Shown: positions 8,225 through 18,253, counted from the stretch's first letter. The stretch: 64,000 bases of DNA from Rhodospirillales bacterium (GCA_020638155.1 JACKJB010000005.1:5235-69234); one strand, 5' to 3'. The notes: a model not told the origin generated them from the letters alone. Program-made: numbers and translations.

Positions 8225-11020
8225 ATGGGCTTAAGTGGCTTGGATTCAGCATTATCAGGCCTTCGCGTGGCGCAGCAGCAGCTGAGCGTCATTGCGAATA
8301 ACGTCTCGAACGTCAGCACCGAAGGCTATACGCGGAAAATTTTGCCGCAGCAAACCGTCGCGATCGAAGGGCAGGCCGTCGGCGTTTCGGCGCGGCCGAT
8401 TATCCGCAATGTCGATCTTAACTTAGAGCGTGATTTCTGGACCCAGGTCAGTACCGTTAACGCCCTGGAAGTCAAAGCGAAATACCTGGACCGGATCCAG
8501 AATTTCCACGGCTCTCCCGACCTTGAAGTTTCGATTGCCGCCGAGCTCGGCAAACTGCGTGACACATTTGCCGCGCTGGCCGACAGCCCTGAAGATAACT
8601 TCCTGCAGCGCGAAGTCGTCGACCAGGCGGCGCTGCTGGCCGGGAAAATCAATAAATTCGCGGCCCTGATTACCGAAATGCGCAATGACGCGCAGGATGA
8701 AATCGAAGCCACGATCGACAGCATCAATACGCGGCTGGAAAATATTGCCGAGCTGAACCACCAGATCAAATTCAACACAGCCAGTGGCAAAACCACAGCA
8801 GAGCTGGAAGACCAGCGCGACCAGATTATCAAAGAACTTTCCGCCGATATCGATATCAGCTTTTTCACCCGCGGCGATGGCGTCATGGTGGTGCAAACCT
8901 CAACCGGAGTCCAGCTTGCCGATGAACGCGCTGAATCGCTTTATTACAACAGAACGCCGGTAGGCCCAAGTACCTATTATCCCGACCCGAACAATCCAAT
9001 CGCGAACGGCATTTTTGTCGGCGGCAGCCCTGCCGATAACCCGGTCACGATCGATATCACCCAAAGCGGGATCAGCGGCACCCTCGGCGCGCTTTTAGAG
9101 CTGCGCGATGAAATCCTGCCGGAACAGCAGGCGATGCTTGATGAACTCGCGCATAAAATGTCCACCCGCTTTGCCGAACAGGGGCTGATCCTGTTTACCG
9201 ATGCCAGCGGACAAGTCCCGCCGGACAGCAGCGCGAACGTTATCGGCACAGTCGATCTGACGGCGCTGGGCGGGCTTGATATCGCAACCGGGCCGAATAA
9301 CCTGTTCACCGTTACCCTGAATAATGGCGGCGCTTCCCCTGCCGCTGTTTCATTTCAGGTCGACCTGACCATCGGCAACACGCCGGCGCTGCTCGCTGCG
9401 GAGATTAACAACCAGATTTCGCAATTGCCCGATGCCTATAGCGGCACAATCGCAACGATCGATGCCAACGGGTTTTTAAATATCACGTCCGATTACGACA
9501 TCACCATTAATGCAAACGGCGCGGGTGAAATCGGCGATGCCGGGCTTGCGGTACTCGGCCTGAGCCGCGGTACTGAATATGCCGCGCCCAAAACAAATCC
9601 TCTGACCCCGGTGCCTTATGTCGGTTACGCTTCTGAAATTCGTGTTAATCAACTGGTGCTCGATGATAACCGTCTTGTACAGCAGGGTACGATCGGGACA
9701 GACCTGCCGGTCCAGCAAGGCTCAAACGAAGTGATCCGCCGGATCGTCGAGTTTGTGTTCGGTGATGTCGAGTTCCAGGAAGCCGTCGGCTCTGTTGACC
9801 TGCGTTCTTCCGCGCTTGGTGATTCATTGCAGGATTATCTTGGCATTTACTCGCAGAACAGCATTACAGGTACGCTTGATTTGTCTTCTTACGGCGATGT
9901 CCAGGCTTTGATTAATGCAGGCGGAGAAACATTCCAGCCGCCGACCGGCCCTGTGCTTGACCAATTCACCCTGACTTTCGATGATCCGCGCACTGGTTTG
10001 CCCGCGCAGACTTACTATCTCGATCTTGAAGAAATCCAGACAAACTTTCCTATTGGCGGTGCTATTACTAACGCAGCAGACCAGATCGCAGCAGCGATCA
10101 ATGCCTTACCGCTTGCCGGGAGCGCTCTTAGCGATCCGCTACCGCCTGATGCCGCTTTTGACGTACAGGCCAGTGTCAACGCCTATGGCCAACTGGTTAT
10201 AGAATCACGCGCGAACATTACAATTGATGCCAGCTTTCCAGCCGGGGAAACTTTTCCTCCCGCCGTCACGCCAGATGGCGGGATGGGACAGGACGGGCTT
10301 GATTTCCTCGGCCTGACACAAGGCACATATCAGACAACCGATCCTTATATTGACATACAGATCGGCAACGATCCGCCGGTAAGGGTGACGATTGAGCCGG
10401 GCGATGATGAAACCGACCTGTTCAATAAGCTGAACTTTGCAATCGCGCCGCCGGGCGTTCCAGGCCTGGCGATTGACGACAGCCTGACAGACCCGGCCAG
10501 CGACGGTTTTTTAAGATTGCGCCCGGGCGATGATCCGAACAATCCCGGCTTTGGCGGGGATCTGAAAATTGTCGGCGGCCCGTTTGTTTCCGAAGGCGGC
10601 ACCAGCGGGACAGCCCTTGGCACCGATATTATTACCGCGCTGTTCGGCGTTCCCAACCCGGTTGTCGATGTGCCTCATGAGATTTCAACCGGGACGGGCG
10701 CTTATGAATCGTTCCGCCGCGACCGGCTGGGTCCGAATGCGCTGCTGAGCACCGGGATCATCAGTTCAACCAACCTGATCGATTTTGCGCAGAAAATGGT
10801 GAACCGCCAGACATCGGAAAGCATCGCGATCGATGCGCAGATCCGCGATGAAACCTCGTTCCGCGACCTGCTGCAACGCAGGCTTTTGGATGAGTCCGGC
10901 GTCAATATCGAAGAAGAGCTGTCGCAGTTAATTGTCGTGCAAACCGCATTTGCCGCGGCGGCGCGGGTGATTTCCGCGATCGATGAAGAATTTCAGGAAC
11001 TGCTGAATGCAGTGGCCTAA
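8225..11020 (+). CDS. flgK: Flagellar hook-associated protein 1 FlgK (long form, 931 aa)
   Basis: The N-terminus MGLSGLDSALSGLRVAQQQLSVIANNVSNVSTEGYTRK and the C-terminus EEELSQLIVVQTAFAAAARVISAIDEEFQELLN are the canonical FlgK terminal helices. A large central insertion accounts for the length. Confidence 0.92.
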   Translation: MGLSGLDSALSGLRVAQQQLSVIANNVSNVSTEGYTRKILPQQTVAIEGQAVGVSARPIIRNVDLNLERDFWTQVSTVNALEVKAKYLDRIQNFHGSPDLEVSIAAELGKLRDTFAALADSPEDNFLQREVVDQAALLAGKINKFAALITEMRNDAQDEIEATIDSINTRLENIAELNHQIKFNTASGKTTAELEDQRDQIIKELSADIDISFFTRGDGVMVVQTSTGVQLADERAESLYYNRTPVGPSTYYPDPNNPIANGIFVGGSPADNPVTIDITQSGISGTLGALLELRDEILPEQQAMLDELAHKMSTRFAEQGLILFTDASGQVPPDSSANVIGTVDLTALGGLDIATGPNNLFTVTLNNGGASPAAVSFQVDLTIGNTPALLAAEINNQISQLPDAYSGTIATIDANGFLNITSDYDITINANGAGEIGDAGLAVLGLSRGTEYAAPKTNPLTPVPYVGYASEIRVNQLVLDDNRLVQQGTIGTDLPVQQGSNEVIRRIVEFVFGDVEFQEAVGSVDLRSSALGDSLQDYLGIYSQNSITGTLDLSSYGDVQALINAGGETFQPPTGPVLDQFTLTFDDPRTGLPAQTYYLDLEEIQTNFPIGGAITNAADQIAAAINALPLAGSALSDPLPPDAAFDVQASVNAYGQLVIESRANITIDASFPAGETFPPAVTPDGGMGQDGLDFLGLTQGTYQTTDPYIDIQIGNDPPVRVTIEPGDDETDLFNKLNFAIAPPGVPGLAIDDSLTDPASDGFLRLRPGDDPNNPGFGGDLKIVGGPFVSEGGTSGTALGTDIITALFGVPNPVVDVPHEISTGTGAYESFRRDRLGPNALLSTGIISSTNLIDFAQKMVNRQTSESIAIDAQIRDETSFRDLLQRRLLDESGVNIEEELSQLIVVQTAFAAAARVISAIDEEFQELLNAVA

Positions 11021-11038
11021 ATATAAGGAGATATAGAG

Positions 11039-12115
11039 ATGACTTTTGTATCGACATTGGGACAATCGCTTGACCAGATCGAGCGCATTAAAATCACGCA
11101 GTTGCAGCTGGCCAGTTTCCAAAGCCAGATCGCGACCGGCAAAAAGACACAGACCTTTAGCGGGCTCGGCAATGATGTGATCGCGTCCAAGCGGGCGCGG
11201 GAAAATTTCGCCAAACTGGATAACTACGTCAATAATATCGATATCGCCGACCGCCGCATAAAGATGATGTTTTCTGCGCTGGAAGAAATAAAAAACCAGG
11301 CCGAAGATGTCCTGAACGCAATTGAAATCCAGACGCAACAGGGCGAATACGAAATTGAGGCCGTCAGCGATCTTGCCCGCAATACGGCGGACTTCCTGCG
11401 CGATCTTATTAACACCCGCGATGGCGACCGCTATTTGTTCGGCGGCGCGGAGACCGTCGATCCGCCGCTTTCCGGCAGCGGCACACTGGAAACCTATATG
11501 CAAAAGCAGCTGAATGACTGGGTCACAGCAGCAATCGATACAGACCAGCTCATTGCAAGTTACGGTGATAGCGCAGCCCTGACCGATACGATCATCGGTT
11601 ATTCCGCGACCTTAAGCAGCGGCAGCGCCAAGAATGTTTATGTCCGCGTCGAGGATTACACCGAGATCAATTACACCGTCTTTGCCAACCATGACGGCGT
11701 CCGCGATATCCTCGCCGGGGTTAATATGCTGGCGCAGATTGACCAGGTGCTTGATGAAGTCACGCTTGATCCTGATGATCCGGCAACAACCATCACGGCA
11801 CCGGGGGCAACGCAGCAGGAACAGAACGATAATTTCTACAAGTTCTTTAATGACATGGCGGCGATGATGAACCGCGCGCTGGATGCGATCGACAGCGAGC
11901 TGTATTCGCTCAGCCAGAGTCAGGCGCAGCTTGATAAAATCAAGCAAAGCCACAAGCTTGACCAGAATATCCTGCAGGATACGATCAGCGAAGTGGAGGA
12001 TGCCGATATGAACGAAGTCGCTGTCAAGCTGAACGCGCTGCAAATCCAGCTCGAAGCGTCGTACCGGGTTACGGCGTCGATTTCGAGCCTGAGCCTTGTG
12101 AACTTTATCAGCTAA
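11039..12115 (+). CDS. flgL: Flagellar hook-associated protein 3 FlgL
   Basis: Immediately downstream of flgK, with RBS AAGGAG. Has flagellin-like N- and C-terminal helices (...LQLASFQSQIATGKK...; ...MNEVAVKLNALQIQLEASYRVTASISSLSLVNFI). Confidence 0.88.
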   Translation: MTFVSTLGQSLDQIERIKITQLQLASFQSQIATGKKTQTFSGLGNDVIASKRARENFAKLDNYVNNIDIADRRIKMMFSALEEIKNQAEDVLNAIEIQTQQGEYEIEAVSDLARNTADFLRDLINTRDGDRYLFGGAETVDPPLSGSGTLETYMQKQLNDWVTAAIDTDQLIASYGDSAALTDTIIGYSATLSSGSAKNVYVRVEDYTEINYTVFANHDGVRDILAGVNMLAQIDQVLDEVTLDPDDPATTITAPGATQQEQNDNFYKFFNDMAAMMNRALDAIDSELYSLSQSQAQLDKIKQSHKLDQNILQDTISEVEDADMNEVAVKLNALQIQLEASYRVTASISSLSLVNFIS

Positions 12116-12121
12116 ATCGCG

Positions 12122-13534
12122 TTACTGCGTAGACAGCGAATAATTCTCGATCACCAGCACAGACGGGCCGCCCGGCAGATTCGGATGCAGCCGCCCCAGC
12201 GGACGCGGGTCCGAATCGTTGTAGCGCATAAGGATATTGGTCACGACATCGGGGAACGTGCCGTGCATTTTTACCGCTTCCGGCAATTCGTAATCATAAG
12301 CCGAATTCCACAGCATCGCGACATTGGCTTCATTGGCCCATCGGCTGAGAACGCTTTTCAGACCGGTCCCTTTTTCAGCCTGCCAAAAGCGGATTTCCAG
12401 CGGATCAAGCACGGGGCCGCGGGCCGCGGCACTGTCCGTTGCCGGCGCCATAGAAGGCGTCATCGCAAGCGGCAGGGCCACAGGTCCGCCGGGCATTTCT
12501 TTTGCGGGGGCCTTCATCATGCCGGGCGGCAAAGACGGGGGCGCGGCAAGCGGCGGGGGAGCAGGGGCATCCATCATGACCGCCAGATCCGCCGGGTCGT
12601 CAAATTCGGAAACTTCTTCAGGCTGCTCCGGCCCCTGCGGGAACAACGGTTCCGGACGCTGGCGGCGCGGGTATGATTGCACCGCATCGTCCTGTTCGGC
12701 CGCATCCATCATCATCGGCGTATCCTCGGCCATAATGACCGGGACATTCATCGGGTCAGCGTCCGCCATCACCGGTTCATATGCAAAAGCTTCATTCACG
12801 AGAGGCGGAGCGGGCATGTCCGGGGTTAGTTGCGGCATGGCCACCGGGTGACCCGCTGGCGGCATCATCATCGGCGGGACACTATCCGTTACGACCAGCG
12901 GATTATCCATCATAACCGGAACCGTTTCGGGTTCCCGCTTACGGATCCAGACGCTGTTATCGCTGATAACGACTTCCATATCCTGCGGCCGGACGGCATC
13001 GGACAGGACTTCATCCCATGGCTTGCCGCCGCTCCAGGAAACACGCAGGGCCGGATCGATATTCGGATCGAAAGCATAAGAAAAACGCGGCGGCACGATC
13101 TGGCGCATCGCCATCACCAGCGGAATATCTGTGCCGAAACCGACCGCTTCTTCATAAACCGGGACCGCCGGAACGGCCGGTGCCGCCGGGGCGGCCTCGG
13201 CCATGTCAGCCGGGTTCTGCGCGAACGGATTTTCCTTTAAGACCGGGATCACAGACGGCGCAGCCGCTCCCGGCATCATCGGTTCGCTGGTAATTTCAGG
13301 GTGGGCATAAGGATCGATGCGCGGCTGGGACCCCGGCGCGCCGGTTTTGTGCATTTCCATCGTCATTGTCGGCGGGACAACAGGCACCATCGCCGGCTTG
13401 TTTGCCGGCGGGGTCCATTCAAATCCGGCATATGCCGGGACCGTAACCGCCAAAACCAGGGCAAAAATTCCCGCCGTTGCGGTTTTGCCTTTTTTAAGAA
13501 AATATCTGTTTACCATCGTCGCTTTCCTTACCAT
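12122..13534 (-). CDS. Secreted Pro/Met-rich protein with two TcpQ/PilL-like domains
   Basis: Signal peptide ...ALVLAVTVPAYAG. The central block GFGTDIPLVMAMRQIVPPRFSYAFDPNIDPALRVSWSGGKPWDEVL and the C-terminal block LKSVLSRWANEANVAMLWNSAYDYELP...VIENY resemble the TcpQ / R64 PilL C-terminal domain. It is the last gene of the dotDCB-icmT strand block. The start could instead be M7 (13516). Confidence 0.6.
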   Translation of the reverse strand: MVRKATMVNRYFLKKGKTATAGIFALVLAVTVPAYAGFEWTPPANKPAMVPVVPPTMTMEMHKTGAPGSQPRIDPYAHPEITSEPMMPGAAAPSVIPVLKENPFAQNPADMAEAAPAAPAVPAVPVYEEAVGFGTDIPLVMAMRQIVPPRFSYAFDPNIDPALRVSWSGGKPWDEVLSDAVRPQDMEVVISDNSVWIRKREPETVPVMMDNPLVVTDSVPPMMMPPAGHPVAMPQLTPDMPAPPLVNEAFAYEPVMADADPMNVPVIMAEDTPMMMDAAEQDDAVQSYPRRQRPEPLFPQGPEQPEEVSEFDDPADLAVMMDAPAPPPLAAPPSLPPGMMKAPAKEMPGGPVALPLAMTPSMAPATDSAAARGPVLDPLEIRFWQAEKGTGLKSVLSRWANEANVAMLWNSAYDYELPEAVKMHGTFPDVVTNILMRYNDSDPRPLGRLHPNLPGGPSVLVIENYSLSTQ

Positions 13535-13657
13535 CCTGCCCGCACAGATCCTGCGGTTTATATCTAAGGGATATTAAACCTGAAAATAAAGAGGCTTGGC
13601 GCAATTGACAAGCACCGAACGCGGAAAAGTCATTTTTTTATCGGGATGAAAAAGAAT

Positions 13658-13960
13658 TCAGCCATAATCGCGCATGCGGCGATACGCATAGGTAAACAGG
13701 GCATTACGGCGATCACCGACCATCCAGGACCGCATAGAGCGCAACGCCGCCGGATATGTCAAACCAAACCGCTCAAGGATATAAAAGAAGATGACGATCA
13801 ACAGGGTCAACACAATCGTTACAGGGCGGGCATAAACCAGCAGGATAAAAAACGGCAGGGCCGCTCTTGCATCGAGACCGAAAAACCGTACCGGACGCAT
13901 CGTATTCCGCCAGTGCCAGTTCTTCTTCTCAATCTCAAGATCGTCTTGTGCTGTCGCCAT
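13658..13960 (-). CDS. icmT: Type IVB secretion protein IcmT (TraK-like)
   Basis: A 100-aa, two-TM protein. HWRNTMRPVRFFGLDARAALPFFILLV...ILERFGLTYPAALRSMRSW matches the IcmT signature. It lies directly downstream of dotB. Confidence 0.8.
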   Translation of the reverse strand: MATAQDDLEIEKKNWHWRNTMRPVRFFGLDARAALPFFILLVYARPVTIVLTLLIVIFFYILERFGLTYPAALRSMRSWMVGDRRNALFTYAYRRMRDYG

Positions 13961-14050
13961 GATTTCCCCTGCATATCCCGGTTAACAGTATGATTCTACA
14001 CCGTAAAAGTTAACAAAATATGGGAAAATATCAAAATAAAAACACCGAAA

Positions 14051-15217
14051 TCACTCGCCGCCGCCACCGGTACTGGATGCCAGCATCAGATATGCCCTGC
14101 GGTCGATATGCCCGGCTTCGAACGCCAACCGCGCCGATTGGGACATGGTGCGGCCGTAATTCGGGATCGCCCGCTGGATATTCGGTCCCCATTCCTTGAA
14201 ATCCATATCCAGCAGCTTTTCGCGGATTTCATCAGGGAATGTCATCCATTCGCGAATCCCTATACGGCCCCCGCCGATTTTGGACACGAGGGATTGCGTG
14301 ACGATCATCCTGATCGTTTCCATCAGCGCATAAGCCCGCTCGGCCCGTTCGTCGGTTTCAAAAGTCGAAATCATCCGCTGGACCGTTGCGGCAACGCCAA
14401 TCGTGTGCGTCGTCGTATAGACCGTGTGCCCGGTCTGGGCAGCTTCAATCGAGGCCGAGATGGTTTCCCTGTCCCGCGATTCCCCAACCAGAATCACTTC
14501 AGGCTTGCGCCGCAGCGCATTCCTGACACCGCGATCAAATGACGGCAGGTGGCGGGGAATTTCCGTTTGCGCCACAAGAGAGCGCGGACTTTCGATCGTA
14601 TCGTACACATATTCAATCGGTGCCTCATAAGTCAGCATCTTACCGCAGCCATGCGGCCGCTCCAGCAACATCCGGCACCCGGCTGCGAGTAATGTCGTTT
14701 TCCCTGACCCGGTCGGCCCGGTAATAATCACCATTCCCTGGCGCGGGGCCCAGTGGTTGATGACGTGCTCTTCGACATTCAACGCCTTCATGGTCGGCGG
14801 TTCGGTCGGCAATACCCGCATTGTTACCTGCGCCGCATCCCGGCCACGGGAAAGGATCGCGGTAATATTGACCCGGAACCGAATGCGCGTATAGCGATCG
14901 GGCCGGACTTCGTAAGACAGATCAAGGTCGTTGGCCCCGGCAAGACGGGCCTGTGCCTCGGGTCCGTAAATTCTTATCAGGACGGCCGCCATATCCGCAG
15001 CATCCAGAGTCCTGAATGTAGCAGGATAAAGGACGCCGTCAATTTCCTGGTAAACCGGACGGTCTGACTGGAAAGTAATATCGGAAGCATTCTGTTTAAC
15101 CGACCACAGCAGGAATGGATCGAGCGTTTCACCAGTAAAACGGCCATGCTCATCAGGCCATGTCTGGGCCTTGTTTTCCTTGCCTTTAAGAAGGCTTATC
15201 GGTTTGCGGGCTGCCAT
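14051..15217 (-). CDS. dotB: Type IVB secretion ATPase DotB (PilT/VirB11 superfamily)
   Basis: Walker A motif ITGPTGSGKTT and PilT-like Asp and His boxes (LVGESRD, TGHTVYTTTHT). Sits in dotD-dotC-dotB synteny and overlaps the dotC end by 22 nt. Confidence 0.85.
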   Translation of the reverse strand: MAARKPISLLKGKENKAQTWPDEHGRFTGETLDPFLLWSVKQNASDITFQSDRPVYQEIDGVLYPATFRTLDAADMAAVLIRIYGPEAQARLAGANDLDLSYEVRPDRYTRIRFRVNITAILSRGRDAAQVTMRVLPTEPPTMKALNVEEHVINHWAPRQGMVIITGPTGSGKTTLLAAGCRMLLERPHGCGKMLTYEAPIEYVYDTIESPRSLVAQTEIPRHLPSFDRGVRNALRRKPEVILVGESRDRETISASIEAAQTGHTVYTTTHTIGVAATVQRMISTFETDERAERAYALMETIRMIVTQSLVSKIGGGRIGIREWMTFPDEIREKLLDMDFKEWGPNIQRAIPNYGRTMSQSARLAFEAGHIDRRAYLMLASSTGGGGE

Positions 15218-16035
15218 TTTTCCGTCCCCGGTATGAATTCGGGCACACCCGTAATTTCAACGGCCCGGTCACCAACCCGCATTTTCGACCCTCCGCCGGT
15301 CACACCCCGGTCAATCTGCAGGGCATAAGGCGGGGAGACCATCCCTTGCGCCAGCAACATGCGGTAACGGACCATCCCCTGGTAATGCGCCGTCAACTGG
15401 TCGAGATCCTGCTGGAATATCTCGTTGGCCTGGTCAACACCTTGTTCCCAGCCTTCTAAAACCCAATCCATCCAGAAAGCGCGCTCATAATCATCATTCG
15501 GGCGCAGGATATCGGGCGGCGGCGTCACTTCACCCCATTCACGCCACAGGTAATTGCGCCAGTCACGGGCGGCACTGACGATATTGGCATTACGGCTGAT
15601 ATTATAGACCCGGTCGGCCACGGCAGCTTCCTGACCGCCGGTATCGATAATCATCGCGTTGGTTTGCTCGGATACAATCGGCGGTTCAATCAAAAGACCG
15701 GATGGCGCAGGGATCAGAAGCTGGCGGAAATCGAATACTTTATCGAGATAGCTCGAACGCGTCTTAAGTTCCTCGCGGATATTATAAGTGCGCCAAGCCA
15801 GACCGCCGCGCGCGCCATAGGACAACGCCGCCTCACGCATCGCATCCAGACGGATATCGATCGGCATCCCCGAAGCATCATCGACGACCATATTGAGTTT
15901 CGGCACCATTTGCAGTTCAAACAGCGCCGGCGGAGATGAAAAATCCTCGTCTTCCGACATCGCTGCCGCAACCTGTCCGGCCAGACAAGGGACCGACAAA
16001 CCCAGCACCGCGATGAATAGCAGAAAACGTTTCAT
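15196..16035 (-). CDS. dotC: Type IVB secretion outer-membrane-complex protein DotC (TraI-like)
   Basis: Signal peptide MKRFLLFIAVLGLSVPCLAG. Motifs as I remember them for DotC: DIRLDAMREAALSYGARGGLAWRTYNI, WRNYLW, YRMLLAQGMVSPPY, GVTGGG. Confidence 0.85.
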   Translation of the reverse strand: MKRFLLFIAVLGLSVPCLAGQVAAAMSEDEDFSSPPALFELQMVPKLNMVVDDASGMPIDIRLDAMREAALSYGARGGLAWRTYNIREELKTRSSYLDKVFDFRQLLIPAPSGLLIEPPIVSEQTNAMIIDTGGQEAAVADRVYNISRNANIVSAARDWRNYLWREWGEVTPPPDILRPNDDYERAFWMDWVLEGWEQGVDQANEIFQQDLDQLTAHYQGMVRYRMLLAQGMVSPPYALQIDRGVTGGGSKMRVGDRAVEITGVPEFIPGTEKWQPANR

Positions 16036-16044
16036 GGGGGCTTA

Positions 16045-16596
16045 TTACCCTCCCACGCCCGTATTGGGCGCATAGTTAATTTCAACGATCTTACGGCGGC
16101 CATCGACACGGACATCACCACGGACGCCGAGCTGTAGCCCCAAGCTGCGCAGGACATCAATGACCGGCATATTTTCAACATTGACGGACACCACAACCGG
16201 AACCGGCGGCGGAGTCCCGATCACCTGGAACGCGTACCCGGACCGGCTTGCCAGTTTTTGCGCGATCGGCTCAACCGGGCCGACCCAGTTCACCGTAATC
16301 GCCCGGCGCAGTTCGACCGGCGCGTTTTCAATCGGGGAAACCGAAACTTCTGGAGAGCGGGCCTGCTCCACAGCCGCCAGCGTTTCCAGCGCCACAGAAG
16401 CGCGGTCAGCCGCATCCGCCAGCATCATCGAGACCTTATCGGGAGACGCGACCAACTGCGGATGATCCCCTTCCACAGGTTCGGAGTAAGAGGACGAGCA
16501 CGCCGTCAGCGCCGCCATCATTGCAACAGCGGTATACAGCCGCCCTTTGCGTAGTATTTCTATAGTTTTGAGCATTAACATGCGATAACACCGCAA
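16045..16596 (-). CDS. dotD: Type IVB secretion lipoprotein DotD (TraH-like)
   Basis: Lipobox ALTAC|SS. The C-terminal secretin-N0-like block ITVNWVGPVEPIAQKLASRSGYAFQVIGTPPPVPVVVSVNVENMPVIDVLRSLG matches DotD. Several in-frame Met codons make the exact start uncertain. Confidence 0.85.
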   Translation of the reverse strand: MRCYRMLMLKTIEILRKGRLYTAVAMMAALTACSSSYSEPVEGDHPQLVASPDKVSMMLADAADRASVALETLAAVEQARSPEVSVSPIENAPVELRRAITVNWVGPVEPIAQKLASRSGYAFQVIGTPPPVPVVVSVNVENMPVIDVLRSLGLQLGVRGDVRVDGRRKIVEINYAPNTGVGG

Positions 16597-16733
16597 TCGA
16601 AAAACGTGAACCTAACCATATAGCAAGGTTAAAATTACCGCCTGTCATTATAGAGAACAAGACGTCATTTCGGATATCGCCGCCTTATCACCAGACTTAT
16701 TCACAATTAACTTTTAAAAAGACGGTTTTCCGC

Positions 16734-17147
16734 CTAGCGGGTCGCTTTCACCAGGCCGTGTTTTTCCATCGAGGCAATGACCCGATATTTATACCCGTTG
16801 CCGATATGCGGTGTACGGGAATGATAATGCGCGATCGCGCGCGATAAATCCCTGGTTTCATCAAGATGGGTGCGCAAAATCCATGCCGACACCCCGACAT
16901 TGGTACAAGGGTCATCCCTTACCCACCGTTTCGCGGTTTCGGTGCTTACCCCCCACTGCGCCGCCAGCTCAGGCAGCCAGATCGTGTTGATCTGCATCGG
17001 CCCGAGATCGTAACTGCCATTCTGGTTCGGCCCGACCTGCTGGCCGACCTTCCCGGCCTCGACCTGGTAAATCCCCAGCAGCACCGCAGGCGGAATACTG
17101 TAGGTCTGGGCGGCGAGAAAAATACATGCAGCAAGAACTTTCCCCAT
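16734..17147 (-). CDS. Small lytic transglycosylase (SLT domain; VirB1/IagB-like)
   Basis: Motifs YQVEAG (catalytic Glu), YDLGPMQIN and AHYHS. Its ATG overlaps the upstream gene's stop (TAATG). Confidence 0.8.
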   Translation of the reverse strand: MGKVLAACIFLAAQTYSIPPAVLLGIYQVEAGKVGQQVGPNQNGSYDLGPMQINTIWLPELAAQWGVSTETAKRWVRDDPCTNVGVSAWILRTHLDETRDLSRAIAHYHSRTPHIGNGYKYRVIASMEKHGLVKATR

Positions 17148-18253
17148 TACACGGCTCCCTGTTCATCGTTCTCATCGCTTTTTTTTCCGGAGAAAAACCC
17201 CATCGGATTATAAGGCTGATCGCTTTCTGCGGGCGGCGGTTCCGGCGCAGCAGGAGGTTGTGGCGGCACTGGCGGCGGTGCCGGATCAGGCTCCTGCCGC
17301 ATCGGCGGCATTTGCGGTTCAACCGGTTTGGGCGGCGTCGCAAAAGGCGAGAACGGCGCTTCAGACGCAGGCGGCGAATCTTCCGTCGCAGGCCCTGCCG
17401 GAGACACAGCTTTATCCGGGACGGCAACAGGAGTCTGCGAAATACTCCCTGCATTCGGCATTCCGGCAATCATAGAGGCCATCGACCGGCGCTGCTCGAA
17501 GGCCTGCCAGACCGGGTCCATCGGCAACATTCCGCCTGCCTGTTCGGCAGCCTGTGCGCGCGCCGCGTCATCCATCGCCATCAGCCTTGCAGTTTCAGCC
17601 TTGTGGCACACAACATAAAGCGCCGCAAAGGCTGCAAGGACACGCAATTCATTCTGCTTGAGCTGCTGCGCATCCGCGCCGGCGGAGATTTGAGCGGCGA
17701 CCGTTCCCGCGGCGCTGACCAGCCGGTCAGCCACCTCCTGCGCCAGTTTATTCTCAGGACGCCCAAACGGGAAGGCGGCAATCGCATCAATAACCGGAAC
17801 CAGCACATTGACATACTGGATAGTCACCTGCGCTTCATCAAGCAATAGCGGTCCCGGCGATAAATTTTCCAGCCGGGCGTTATTCTCTGCCGCCGGGGCA
17901 AAATTATCGGAGAAAGTCAGGACCGCTTCAAGCGATTTAATCATCCGCTTGATATCATTATCGCCCGGCACCCGCGCATGCAGCCGGTAATGCCCGGCGA
18001 TCAGCGGCGCCGCCATCCCCGCCAGCGCAAGCCGCAAAGAATCGCCGTCGGCATCTTTTAAATCCATCACCGCAGACAGCGCGATACTGATCTGCACCGT
18101 TTTATTCAGCAGTTCGGCCACGCGTTCTGCGTCCTGTTTCTGGTCCGGATGCTCCGCCGCGTTTTGGCGGACAGACACGTCATCGACCGCCGCCATTAAC
18201 GGGGCGCCGAGTTTTTCAAGCATCCGGGCCTGGAATGTGGATCGTTGCGTCAT
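17147..18253 (-). CDS. Hypothetical 368-aa protein with a Pro-rich C-terminal tail (no signal peptide seen)
   Basis: Long ORF, translationally coupled to the transglycosylase gene. The helical N-terminal ~270 aa is followed by ...PAPPPVPPQPPAAPEPPPAESDQPYNPMGFF. I recognised no family. Confidence 0.6.
   Translation of the reverse strand: MTQRSTFQARMLEKLGAPLMAAVDDVSVRQNAAEHPDQKQDAERVAELLNKTVQISIALSAVMDLKDADGDSLRLALAGMAAPLIAGHYRLHARVPGDNDIKRMIKSLEAVLTFSDNFAPAAENNARLENLSPGPLLLDEAQVTIQYVNVLVPVIDAIAAFPFGRPENKLAQEVADRLVSAAGTVAAQISAGADAQQLKQNELRVLAAFAALYVVCHKAETARLMAMDDAARAQAAEQAGGMLPMDPVWQAFEQRRSMASMIAGMPNAGSISQTPVAVPDKAVSPAGPATEDSPPASEAPFSPFATPPKPVEPQMPPMRQEPDPAPPPVPPQPPAAPEPPPAESDQPYNPMGFFSGKKSDENDEQGAV

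Noticed and set aside
13981-14014. Two GTTAAC palindromes 28 nt apart between dotB and icmT
   Set aside because: These are short 6-mers in an AT-rich spacer. I can attach no known operator pattern to them, and chance occurrence is plausible.
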